A stretch of 64,000 nucleotides of DNA from Eubacteriales bacterium (GCA_045596505.1 JAZOCO010000045.1:6443-70442); one strand, 5' to 3'; numbered from the stretch's first letter, positions 46,940 to 55,889 are shown. Translations and numbers: made by a program. The notes: generated from the sequence alone by a model not told the origin.

Positions 46940-49915
46940 ATGCAGGAGCAGGATAAGCGTGATTTAAATGAAACCGAAATGGTCATGCAACAGCTTCGCG
47001 CTATGCTGGAAAAGGAGCAAAATGCTACCGTAGGCGATGAGACCACCAAAGAAAAAAGCGATCGCATTCCGAATCAGGAGTCAGGAGAAGCAGGAGGGGC
47101 TGCAGAGGGCGCTGTTGCCGTAATGGTGCGCCAATCAGACCCTTCAGCGGAAACCGTTCCGCTTAAAAAGGATTTGGAAGCGGGGAGTAAGGCGGCGGAA
47201 GAAAAAACACAAGACGAGCCTTTACAAACGCCCGTTTTGCGGCAGCGCACCGTACCCAAAAAAGCAAGTCCGCGCAAGAAGCGCTACCGTTTGCCAAAGT
47301 TAACGGATGATGAGCCGATCGCTGAGCCGTTGCTTGACGATGCCCTTGCCGAAAAAAAGAAGCGCGCCGAGGCGTTGGCGCGCGAGGATGAAAAGGATCT
47401 TTATTGGAGTGGTATGCGTGCAACGGAAGAGAGAGGGGCACGCCACGCGTCAAAAGTAGCAGATGATCCCGCCAAGGAAACGCGTGCAGCCAAGCCCCCA
47501 AATGAGGAGGATCCCCCCATCGAGCAAACTGCCGCATCCCGCAGAAAGGGGATCAGGTCGTCTGCGGCGAAGCGCAAGGAGGAGCTTGCAAATCTTACCG
47601 TAGAGGGGCTTCTGAGCGATATCTTCGGTGTTGGAGCACGTAATGAGCGTGCTTGGCGGGAGACACAGAAGCCTACCCCGGTGGATGAACCCTCAGAGAA
47701 CCTCTCAATGTCCGAGGCGGGGACTCCGCCAAGAGAGGAGAATGCGACCGTCAAGGCTCCCGAATCGCCCGCCGAGGAGGGGGAAGCCACCCTTGAGCTT
47801 GAAGGTACAAGGATCTTTTTACCAAAAGAAGGAACGCCGATTCGCGAGAGTGCACATAAAAAGAGTGAGGCACTGAAGGAGGCGGGCGAGGTGGCGGAAG
47901 GTGTACCGCTTTTTTCCGCATTCTCCGTCAAGCGTCAAAGGGAGGGCGCGTTGCCGAAGCCCTCTATTGCACGGCGTTCTGCTGAGCAAATGGCATTTAA
48001 GCGTGCGCTCGAGGGGTCTGATGAGGAGTTCGAGCTTTTGGTCGATCTTGATTACGAGGATGAGCTGGGAGAAGCGATCGGCTTTGAAAAGATCCTTGAT
48101 TATCACGAGCGTCGCATCAACGGCAAGACCGATGCAGGCGAGCTTCGCCCGCAGACCGTGCGCGAAAGGACGCGAGAGAAGAAAAAAAGTGAGTATACCA
48201 CGCATGCGCTGGATATTGGGATCAGTAAATTCTATGCTAAACAGCGTCGCCGTCACTTGGGCAATCTTGCCGTGACCGCCGTGTTGCTCTTACTGCTGCT
48301 GATATTTGAGCAGTCAAGTGCGGTGGTGTCGCTTTTTGGCGCGGCGCGTGAGGGAATGAAATACACCTCGCTTTATATTATCGTTGGCTTGGTGCTTCTT
48401 TTGTGCGGTGTGATCCTGCTTCGTCGCCAGCTTCTTAACGGCTTGCTGCAGCTTGCGCGCCTTGCTCCGTCGGATTATTCCTTTGCGGGCGTTGTTGTGC
48501 TGGTCACGATCGTGTATCATGTGTGCTTGCTGTTTGTCCCCGCAAGCAGTTCAATGTCGCTATGCCTTTCTCCTGCAATGGGCAACCTTTGCTTGCTCGC
48601 TGCAGCGGGGATCTTTAACTGGCACCGTGAATTCAGTGCCTTTCGCGTGATCTCCTCAAAGCAGCAAAAATACGCGCTGATGTCCCGCATATCCGTGGGA
48701 AACAGGGAGGGGAATGCAAAGCTTCGCTTGTTTGAGCAGGAGCGAGAGGAGCAACTGCTCTTTGCGCGTCCTGTCGGCTTCGTGCGCAATTATTTTGTCA
48801 ACACGGAAAAAAAGGCTGATCGCCAAAGCGCCTTTGGCGCGGAGCTGCTCATCATCGCCGCTATTTGCTGCGCTTTTGCCCTGTATTCGCTCGCGATGGG
48901 CGGCAGTATCGACAGCGCTTGGCACACCGCGTTTCTTACTTTTTTGTTTGCTGTTCCTACAGTTTCGGTGCTGGGTACGGCTTTGCCAATGTTTTGCGGC
49001 ACGTGCCTTCGTCTTGGACGTCGCGGTGCTATTGTAGGAGAGGGAGCTGTACATACCTCGGGCGGTAGAACGGCGCTTGTTCTGCCCGATGCCGATTGCT
49101 TTAAGAGGATGCCTCACGAGCAGTTTGAGCTGGTAAAGGGGTGTGATGCCCGGCGTGCAACCATTTACATACGCGCATTGCTTGAAAAGATCGAAAGTCC
49201 TCTGGTCGACACCGTGCACGTTCCAAAGGAATCCATGCTTTCGCTTGATGCCATTACGCTGACGGAGATAGATGAGGATGGTGTTGCTGCGGTCATTTCA
49301 GGGGAACGTAAAACGCCCATCTTAATGGGCAGCGTTGCATATCTGCAAAAATACGGCATTCGTGTCAGCCCCAAAAAGGACGGTAGGTACGAGGAGCTTT
49401 GCCGCCATATGATCTGTGTAGCGATCAATAATCGCCTCACGGCGTTGTTCATTGCACGGTATCGATTGCACGATGAGATGTCCCGCCTTGTACAGCTGCT
49501 TGAGAAGGAGGAGCTCACGCTCAAGATTCGTTCAAAGGATCCCGGTGTGCGCGGGGAAATGCTTGCCACCCTTTTTGCCGATGCAGGTATCACTCCCGAG
49601 GTAATAAAGCCCCTGGCGGCGGAACGGGATATTACTGCGGATAGGGTGGATGCAACCATTGTGGCGCTTGGCTCGGCACGTGAGGTGCTGAGGACCTATG
49701 CTACCTGTCGCAGGATCCGCCGTGCTGTGAAGCTTGGCAAGCTTTGGCAGCTTGCGTCCGTTTTGTGCGGTGCGGTGCTGTCGGGTATGCTGGTGTTTTT
49801 TGGTAAGATCACGGCTGTTCCAACCTTTGTGCTTGCACTTAATACCTTTTTCTGGTGCGGTGTACATGCCGCAAGCTCTTATTTTATGCTACGCGATAAA
49901 GAGGATAGTGAATAA
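46940..49915 (+). CDS. P1B-ATPase-like 8-TM protein with degenerate catalytic motifs and ~450-aa disordered N-terminal region
   Basis: Start at ATG 46940 after AAAGGAGGGG. The N-terminal half is E/K/A/P-rich low complexity. The C-terminal half aligns by eye to CopA-type pumps, but CPC reads 'VPT', DKTGT reads 'DADCF', TGDN reads 'SKDP', and no GDGxNDxP or TGES is present. Confidence 0.7.
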   Translation: MQEQDKRDLNETEMVMQQLRAMLEKEQNATVGDETTKEKSDRIPNQESGEAGGAAEGAVAVMVRQSDPSAETVPLKKDLEAGSKAAEEKTQDEPLQTPVLRQRTVPKKASPRKKRYRLPKLTDDEPIAEPLLDDALAEKKKRAEALAREDEKDLYWSGMRATEERGARHASKVADDPAKETRAAKPPNEEDPPIEQTAASRRKGIRSSAAKRKEELANLTVEGLLSDIFGVGARNERAWRETQKPTPVDEPSENLSMSEAGTPPREENATVKAPESPAEEGEATLELEGTRIFLPKEGTPIRESAHKKSEALKEAGEVAEGVPLFSAFSVKRQREGALPKPSIARRSAEQMAFKRALEGSDEEFELLVDLDYEDELGEAIGFEKILDYHERRINGKTDAGELRPQTVRERTREKKKSEYTTHALDIGISKFYAKQRRRHLGNLAVTAVLLLLLLIFEQSSAVVSLFGAAREGMKYTSLYIIVGLVLLLCGVILLRRQLLNGLLQLARLAPSDYSFAGVVVLVTIVYHVCLLFVPASSSMSLCLSPAMGNLCLLAAAGIFNWHREFSAFRVISSKQQKYALMSRISVGNREGNAKLRLFEQEREEQLLFARPVGFVRNYFVNTEKKADRQSAFGAELLIIAAICCAFALYSLAMGGSIDSAWHTAFLTFLFAVPTVSVLGTALPMFCGTCLRLGRRGAIVGEGAVHTSGGRTALVLPDADCFKRMPHEQFELVKGCDARRATIYIRALLEKIESPLVDTVHVPKESMLSLDAITLTEIDEDGVAAVISGERKTPILMGSVAYLQKYGIRVSPKKDGRYEELCRHMICVAINNRLTALFIARYRLHDEMSRLVQLLEKEELTLKIRSKDPGVRGEMLATLFADAGITPEVIKPLAAERDITADRVDATIVALGSAREVLRTYATCRRIRRAVKLGKLWQLASVLCGAVLSGMLVFFGKITAVPTFVLALNTFFWCGVHAASSYFMLRDKEDSE

Positions 49916-49951
49916 CGTTCTCCTTGATCTGCGTGCTCTGAGGAGAAATAT

Positions 49952-51817
49952 ATGAACGAAAAGATCAGTTCTATTTTAAAGACCGTTGAAAAGCCCGGCA
50001 GATATTCGGGCGGAGAATACGGCGCAGTGATAAAAAATAAAAAAGAGGTCAAAGCACGCTTTGCCTTTTGCTTCCCCGATACGTACGAGATCGGTATGTC
50101 TAATCTCGGCATGCGCCTTTTGTACGGATGCCTCAATCAGGAGCCCGATATCTGGTGCGAACGCGTGTTTGCACCGTGGGTGGATATGCAGGAGAGGATG
50201 CGGGAGCACGGCGTGCCGCTCTGGGCGCACGAATCGGGCGACCCTGTGAAGGATTTTGATATCCTAGGCATCACACTGCAATACGAAATGTGCTATACCA
50301 CGGCACTGCGTGTGCTTCAGCTCTCCGGGATCCCACTGCTTGCCGCAGAGCGCGGCGACGATGCTCCCATTGTGATCGGCGGCGGTCCTTGCGCTTATAA
50401 CCCCGAGCCGATCGCGGACTTCTTCGATTGCTTCTCGATCGGAGAGGGTGAGGATAATTTGGTGGAGTTTACCAAGCTGTATATCCGCATGCGAGAGGAG
50501 GGCAGGTATACTAAGTCCTCGTTCTTGCGCGAGGCGGCGGCTACCATAAAGGGCATCTACGTGCCGTCTCTTTATGACGTCACCTATCACGAGGATGGCA
50601 CCATCGCTGCCATCACACCAAAGTTTGAGGACGTGCCTCGGCAAGTGGAAAAATGCATCATTGCCGATCTTGACAGCGCGTATTTTCCCGAAAAGCTGGT
50701 AATGCCGTATATCGAGGCGGTACACGACCGCATCATGCTCGAGGTCTATCGCGGCTGTATCCGCGGCTGTCGCTTCTGTCAGGCGGGCATGATCTATCGT
50801 CCCGTGCGTGAGCGATCGCATGAGGTTCTGAATAAACAGGCACGCTGCCTTTACGATAACACGGGATACGAGGAGATCTCTCTGACGTCGCTCTCCATTA
50901 GTGATTATACCGAGCTTGAGCCGTTGACGCGCGAGCTGCTTGAATGGACGGACCCCAATATGGTCAGTCTTTCTCTGCCTTCACTTCGCGTGGATAGCTT
51001 CAGCCGCGAGCTGATGGATCGCATCGCCTCGGTCCGCACCTCGTCCCTTACGTTCGCTCCGGAGGCGGGCACGCAGCGCCTGCGCGACGTGATCAATAAA
51101 AACGTGTGCGAGTCAGATCTTATGCGCGCCGTCAATATTGCGTTTTCGGGCGGAAAGACCAACGTAAAGCTCTATTTTATGAACGGACTTCCAACGGAAA
51201 CTGCCGAGGATATTGCGGGCATCGCCACACTTGCAAAAAGCGTGGTGCACGAATATTATCAAAATAAGGATCGTCCCAAGGGCAGATCCCCGCAGGTCAC
51301 AATCAGTGTTTCCTGCTTTGTGCCAAAGCCCTTCACACCCTTCCAGTGGGAGGCGCAGGATACCATGGAGATGCTAAAGGAAAAGCAGGCGTATCTTGGC
51401 GAGCAGATAACCGACCGCAAGGTGCGCTATACGCACCACGATGCGCGTGTCAGCCGCATTGAGGCAGTCCTCGCGCGCGGCAACCGTAAGCTTTCAGCGG
51501 CACTGCTGCTTGCCGCAAAGGAGGGCTTTTGCTTTGATGCGTGGGATGAGTTCTTTGATTACGACAAGTGGCTGTCCGTCTTTGAGCGTACAGGGATCGA
51601 TCCCGCATTCTTCGCCAATCGACAAATGGGGCTTGACGAGGTGCTGCCGTGGGACATCATTGACTGTGGCGTCAGCAAGGAATTTTTAAAGCGTGAGCGC
51701 ACCCGCGCCTATGAGGCTGCCACCACGCCCAGCTGCCGCGAAAAATGCTCGGGGTGCGGTGCCAATCGCTTGGGAGGCAAGCGTACCTGTTGCCCCGGGG
51801 GAGGTAACGAGAAGTGA
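49952..51817 (+). CDS. B12-binding-domain radical SAM protein (TIGR03960-like)
   Basis: 621 aa. Radical SAM cluster motif 'CIRGCRFCQAG'. The N-terminal B12-binding-like domain matches my recollection of the family. Confidence 0.8.
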   Translation: MNEKISSILKTVEKPGRYSGGEYGAVIKNKKEVKARFAFCFPDTYEIGMSNLGMRLLYGCLNQEPDIWCERVFAPWVDMQERMREHGVPLWAHESGDPVKDFDILGITLQYEMCYTTALRVLQLSGIPLLAAERGDDAPIVIGGGPCAYNPEPIADFFDCFSIGEGEDNLVEFTKLYIRMREEGRYTKSSFLREAAATIKGIYVPSLYDVTYHEDGTIAAITPKFEDVPRQVEKCIIADLDSAYFPEKLVMPYIEAVHDRIMLEVYRGCIRGCRFCQAGMIYRPVRERSHEVLNKQARCLYDNTGYEEISLTSLSISDYTELEPLTRELLEWTDPNMVSLSLPSLRVDSFSRELMDRIASVRTSSLTFAPEAGTQRLRDVINKNVCESDLMRAVNIAFSGGKTNVKLYFMNGLPTETAEDIAGIATLAKSVVHEYYQNKDRPKGRSPQVTISVSCFVPKPFTPFQWEAQDTMEMLKEKQAYLGEQITDRKVRYTHHDARVSRIEAVLARGNRKLSAALLLAAKEGFCFDAWDEFFDYDKWLSVFERTGIDPAFFANRQMGLDEVLPWDIIDCGVSKEFLKRERTRAYEAATTPSCREKCSGCGANRLGGKRTCCPGGGNEK

Positions 51818-52533
51818 AAAACAACGACGTAAAATTTACCCTGCCGATGCTCCCCGAGCCGCGCACGCTGCGCGTGCGCTTTCGCAAGGTGGGGAATCTC
51901 CAATATATCTCGCACCTTGACCTGCAACGCACCTTTGGGCGTGTGCTGGTGCGTGCGGGACTGCCGCTTTGGTATACCAAGGGCTTTAACCCGCATATCA
52001 AAATGGTGTTCGGTATGCCCTTGCCCGTGGGGGCGGAAAGTGAATGTGAGCTGCTGGATATCCGCATTGAGCGCGAGATGCCCGCCGAGGAGGTCAAGGC
52101 ACGTCTTAGTGCGGAGCTGACCGAGGAGCTTGCCGTTCTTGCAGTCTATCCCGCCACTACCAAATTCAGCGAGATCGCCTTTGCGGAATATGAGTATACC
52201 GTTGTAACCGCTGGGGCTGACGAAGCGCTTGCCGCGCGTGTGCGCGAGGCGCTGGCGTCAGGGGCGATGACTGTTACCAAAAAAACAAAGGCGGGCGAAA
52301 AGGAGATAAAGGTCACCGAATATATCAGGTCCGCTAAGGTCACCCTTGATGGTGAGGTCCTTCGCATCAACGCGGTGCTTTCGGCAGGAGAGGGGAGATA
52401 TATCTCGCCCGAGGCATTGATCATGGCACTCCGTGCCGCCACGGGCATCCTTTCGGGCGATCCTGCCGTGGAGCGTTATCGGATTTTGCGCCGTCGCGCA
52501 CTGCTTGCCGACGGTGTCACCGAATTTATGTAA
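51814..52533 (+). CDS. radical SAM-linked protein (TIGR03936/DUF2344-like)
   Basis: 'RVRFRKVGNLQYISHLDLQRTF...GFNPHIKMVFGMPLPVG'. GTG start overlaps the upstream stop (GTGA), implying translational coupling. Confidence 0.75.
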   Translation: MKNNDVKFTLPMLPEPRTLRVRFRKVGNLQYISHLDLQRTFGRVLVRAGLPLWYTKGFNPHIKMVFGMPLPVGAESECELLDIRIEREMPAEEVKARLSAELTEELAVLAVYPATTKFSEIAFAEYEYTVVTAGADEALAARVREALASGAMTVTKKTKAGEKEIKVTEYIRSAKVTLDGEVLRINAVLSAGEGRYISPEALIMALRAATGILSGDPAVERYRILRRRALLADGVTEFM

Positions 52534-52545
52534 AGGAGAAAAATT

Positions 52546-53286
52546 ATGCAGATCAAGGACGGAGTAAAGCAGGTAGAGGGTGAGATCAGATCCTTTTTGC
52601 TGATCGGACAGTCTAATATGGCGGGCAGAGGCGAATTTGCCGACGTTGTGCCCATTGAAAATAAGCAGTGCTATATGCTTCGCATGGGGCGTTGGCAGAA
52701 AATGAGCGAGCCGATCAACCCCGACCGCGCGATTTTTCAAGGTAAATTTCGCAGTGGTGTGGGACTGGGTGCCAGCTTTGCCGACTCTGTGGCAAACACC
52801 TTCGGGTGGCGTGTGGGGCTGATCCCATGTGCCGACGGTGGCACGAAAATTTTGCAATGGGCACCGGGTGAGCTTTTGTTCGATCACGCTGTGATGATGA
52901 CAAAGCTCGCATGCCGCACGTCGCGCCTTTCGGGCATTTTGTGGCATCAGGGAGAGAGCGACTGCCACAGCGACGAGAGCGTTTCCGCTTATAAGGAGAG
53001 GTTTATCACCATGATCACGGCGCTGCGCCGCGAGCTTGGCGCCGAGGATCTGCCGTTGCTTATCGGCGAGCTTTCCGAACAGATCGGCGCAGAATGGAAG
53101 GTGGGGGATCATCCCAAGCAAATGAACGCCGTTTTCCGTGAGATCGCCGCCACCCTGCCACACACCGCCGTGGTGTCTGCGAAGGGGTTGGGACTAAAGC
53201 CCGACAGCCTTCACTTTAACGCGGTGGCACTGCGCGAGTTTGGTAAGCGTTATTTTGCAGCGTTTTCCTCTTTGATGGAAAAATAA
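52546..53286 (+). CDS. sialate O-acetylesterase-like SGNH hydrolase (DUF303)
   Basis: 'LLIGQSNMAGRG', 'CADGGT', 'ILWHQGESD' and 'LHFN'. Confidence 0.75.
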   Translation: MQIKDGVKQVEGEIRSFLLIGQSNMAGRGEFADVVPIENKQCYMLRMGRWQKMSEPINPDRAIFQGKFRSGVGLGASFADSVANTFGWRVGLIPCADGGTKILQWAPGELLFDHAVMMTKLACRTSRLSGILWHQGESDCHSDESVSAYKERFITMITALRRELGAEDLPLLIGELSEQIGAEWKVGDHPKQMNAVFREIAATLPHTAVVSAKGLGLKPDSLHFNAVALREFGKRYFAAFSSLMEK

Positions 53287-53330
53287 TTTTTTTACATGCG
53301 CCGTCGAAAAATGACGGGAAAGGGACTTTT

Positions 53331-54482
53331 ATGGAAGTGCTGTATGCCGATGATGCCGTTTTGGTGGTGGTAAAGCCCCGCGGCGTTTTGTCGCAGGAGG
53401 CGGGCGATGGCTCGCTTCCTTCGCTTTTAAAGCCCTTGTACGGCACGCTCTATCCTGTGCACCGCCTTGACCGTGCGGTGGGCGGCGTGATGGTGTATGC
53501 ACGCGGGAGGTCTGCTGCGGCGGCACTTTCCCGCGCCGTTGCCGCGCAGGAGCTGAAAAAGGAATATCTCGCGGTGCTTGAGGGCGTGCCCGCTACGCCA
53601 TCGGGCGAGCTGCGCGATCTTTTATTTAAAGATAGTAGACAAAACAAGAGCTTCGTGGTAAAAACACCCCGTCGGGGCGCGCGGGAGGCGGTGCTCAGCT
53701 ATCAAACGGTGAATACCGCAGCCGCTGAAGGAAAACTGTTTACCCTTGTATCCATCCTGCTTAAAACAGGGCGCAGCCACCAGATCCGCGTGCAGTTTTC
53801 GTCGCGGAAAACGCCCCTTGTGGGCGATGGAAAATACGGCTCACGCATGAAGGCACCCGCCCCCGCGCTCTTTGCCAAGGGGCTGACGTTCCCGCACCCG
53901 AAAACGGGCAAGATCTTGCACTTTTCCGCGCCCGCGCCCACCGATTTTCCTTGGTCGCTTTTTACGCCCGAAAAGCACGAGATCGAGCACAAATATCTCA
54001 TCGCGATGCCCGATATAGCCGCACTTTCGAAAATGCCGCATTGTCGAAGGCTGTCGATGGTGCAGACCTATCTTTTGGCTAAAACGGGAGAAACGCATCG
54101 CGTGCGTAAGATCACCGAGGGTGAAACGGTCACCTATACAGAAACGCGCAAGCGGCGGCTAAGCGACCTGCACGCAATGGAAGCTGAGCGGAATATCAGC
54201 GGCGCGGAATACGAGGCAAGGCTCACACTTGCAGATCCCGCCCGCGCGCCCATTGAAAAGGTGCGCTATTGCTTGCCGCATGGCGCACGTACGCTGGAGA
54301 TCGACGTGTATCCCTTCTGGCAGGATCGCGCTATTTTAGAAGTAGAGGTGGCAAGTGAGGGGGAAACGGTCACGCTCCCCCCATTTATCCGCGTGCTTCT
54401 GGAGGTCACGGAGGATAAGCGATACAAGAACGTAAATCTTGCAAAAATCGTGCCAAACGACGATATTTCGCATCTTTTATAA
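53331..54482 (+). CDS. RluA-family pseudouridine synthase fused to a C-terminal CYTH (triphosphate tunnel) domain
   Basis: N-terminal 'VVVKPRGVLSQ', 'HRLDRAVGGVMV' (catalytic Asp) and 'TGRSHQIRVQ'. C-terminal 'EIEHKYLI' (ExExK), 'RVRKI', 'LEIDVYPFW' and 'ILEVEV'. Confidence 0.75.
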   Translation: MEVLYADDAVLVVVKPRGVLSQEAGDGSLPSLLKPLYGTLYPVHRLDRAVGGVMVYARGRSAAAALSRAVAAQELKKEYLAVLEGVPATPSGELRDLLFKDSRQNKSFVVKTPRRGAREAVLSYQTVNTAAAEGKLFTLVSILLKTGRSHQIRVQFSSRKTPLVGDGKYGSRMKAPAPALFAKGLTFPHPKTGKILHFSAPAPTDFPWSLFTPEKHEIEHKYLIAMPDIAALSKMPHCRRLSMVQTYLLAKTGETHRVRKITEGETVTYTETRKRRLSDLHAMEAERNISGAEYEARLTLADPARAPIEKVRYCLPHGARTLEIDVYPFWQDRAILEVEVASEGETVTLPPFIRVLLEVTEDKRYKNVNLAKIVPNDDISHLL

Positions 54483-54490
54483 AAGAGATC

Positions 54491-54517
54491 TTTGTCGGAA
54501 GTACCGCTTCCGACAAA
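54491..54517 (+). terminator. 11-bp hairpin after the RluA-CYTH gene (weak terminator)
   Basis: TTTGTCGGAAG (54491-54501) / CTTCCGACAAA (54507-54517) with no U-run directly after. A second, looser hairpin ending in CCTTTTCCTTTTT at ~54537-54593 may do the terminating. Confidence 0.45.
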
Positions 54518-54605
54518 AGAGGACAATCTGCTAAAAAAGGGTCGAAAACGGTAGGAATTCTTGGTTCCGACCGCTTCCGACCTTTTCCTTTTTAGAAAAA
54601 ATATC

Positions 54606-54664
54606 CAAAAACGGAAAAATATTTTCGGAAAGTACTTTACAAAACGGAAAAAGTGTGCTACAAT
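54606..54664 (+). promoter_or_regulatory. sigma-A promoter with repeated AAAACGGAAAAA boxes (candidate operator) upstream of the S24 repressor gene
   Basis: TTTACA (54636-54641), a 17-nt spacer, then TACAAT (54659-64). Direct repeats CAAAAACGGAAAAA (54606-19) and CAAAACGGAAAAA (54640-52) are present. The second fills the spacer. Confidence 0.45.
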
Positions 54665-54695
54665 GATACCAAAGACGGAAAATCGAGGTGCTTTT

Positions 54696-55490
54696 ATGGA
54701 TTACATAAAAAGAATCAAGCAGCTGAAAAGTGAAAAGAAGATGACCAACGATGAGCTGGCAGAAAAAACAGGCATTGCCGTGGGCACGCTCTCTAAGATC
54801 CTTGCAGGCATCAGCGAGTCCCCGAAGCTTGCCAATTTCGTTGCCATTTGTGAGGCGCTCAATTGCTCGCTTGACTACATTATGTATGGCATTGAGGAGA
54901 ACCGAAACAACTACACGCTTGAGGAAAGTGAGATCAAGCTGATCGAGCAATACCGTACGCTTGACGCGCGTGGGCGTGAAACTGTTGCGGCGCTTGTCGC
55001 CAAGGAGGCGGATTTTGCCCCCGCAAAGAGCGAGGTGAGAAGCCCCGCACGCTTCGTGCGCCCCGAGCCGCTTGCCGCGCGCCTGACGGCTGCTTATGCC
55101 GATAACGTAAACGGCTTTGCACGCAGGACTCTCAAACTTTACGATCTGCCCGTGTCGGCTGGCGTTGGCGTGATGCTTGATGGGGACAGCACGGAGGAGA
55201 TCACCGTTAGCGACAATTCAAGAACAAGGGAGGCGGATTTTGCCCTGCGCATCAGCGGCAACTCTATGGAGCCGCGCTACCGTGACGGTGATATTCTGCT
55301 CGTACAGGAGGCAGATGCCGTGGAGTTTGGCGAGCTTGGCATCTTTATTCTTGACGGCAACGGGTTTTTCAAGGTGTTCGGCGGCGACCGTCTGTATTCT
55401 CTTAATCCCGAATACGGCGACATTTTGCTCAAGGACTTTGCCGACGTGCGTGTGGCTGGCAAAGTGATCGGAAAACTGAAAAAAAGGTAA
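54696..55490 (+). CDS. XRE-family HTH / S24 peptidase (LexA/CI-like) repressor
   Basis: N-terminal HTH 'MTNDELAEKTGIAVGTLSKI' and C-terminal S24 'GNSMEPRYRDGDILLV...GKVIGKL'. Start at ATG 54696 after GAGGTG. Confidence 0.85.
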   Translation: MDYIKRIKQLKSEKKMTNDELAEKTGIAVGTLSKILAGISESPKLANFVAICEALNCSLDYIMYGIEENRNNYTLEESEIKLIEQYRTLDARGRETVAALVAKEADFAPAKSEVRSPARFVRPEPLAARLTAAYADNVNGFARRTLKLYDLPVSAGVGVMLDGDSTEEITVSDNSRTREADFALRISGNSMEPRYRDGDILLVQEADAVEFGELGIFILDGNGFFKVFGGDRLYSLNPEYGDILLKDFADVRVAGKVIGKLKKR

Positions 55491-55523
55491 CAAATTTTAT
55501 GCCCGAAAGGGCACAAAGCAAGG

Positions 55524-55565
55524 AAAGGCACTTATGGAAAACAATTCCCACAAGTGCCTTTTTAT
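55524..55565 (+). terminator. rho-independent terminator
   Basis: AAAGGCACTT (55524-33) / AAGTGCCTTT (55552-61), running into TTTTTATT. A small GC hairpin TGCCCGAAAGGGCA lies just before it (55500-13). Confidence 0.6.
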
Positions 55566-55582
55566 TGGATCGGAGATAGCAT

Positions 55583-55801
55583 ATGTACGTTTATCAGAGG
55601 CTGAAGGATATAAGAGAAGATGCAGACAAAAAGCAAGAGGATATTGCTCTTGTGTTAAATATCACCAGACAGCAATACCAGCTTTATGAAAGCGGAAAGC
55701 GTGAAATGCCAATGCATCATTTTATAACCTTAGCAAAATACTACAATGTTTCACTTGACTATCTTGCGGGGCTTGTTGAAACGCCAAGGAAGCTCAGATA
55801 A
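55583..55801 (+). CDS. small XRE-family HTH transcriptional regulator (72 aa)
   Basis: 'QEDIALVLNITRQQYQLYESGKREMP' is a typical Cro/CI-type HTH. Confidence 0.8.
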   Translation: MYVYQRLKDIREDADKKQEDIALVLNITRQQYQLYESGKREMPMHHFITLAKYYNVSLDYLAGLVETPRKLR

Positions 55802-55825
55802 ATTATGCTTTTGAAGAAAAAGGGG

Positions 55826-55845
55826 GGGGAACGCTTGCGTTCCCC
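55826..55845. terminator. GC-rich hairpin between convergent XRE and AraC genes
   Basis: GGGGAACGC / GCGTTCCCC. The minus strand continues into CCCCTTTTT. Confidence 0.5.
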
Positions 55846-55889
55846 GCCCTTTCTGTCGGTGGTTCAAAACAGGAATGCACTCTTTTTCA

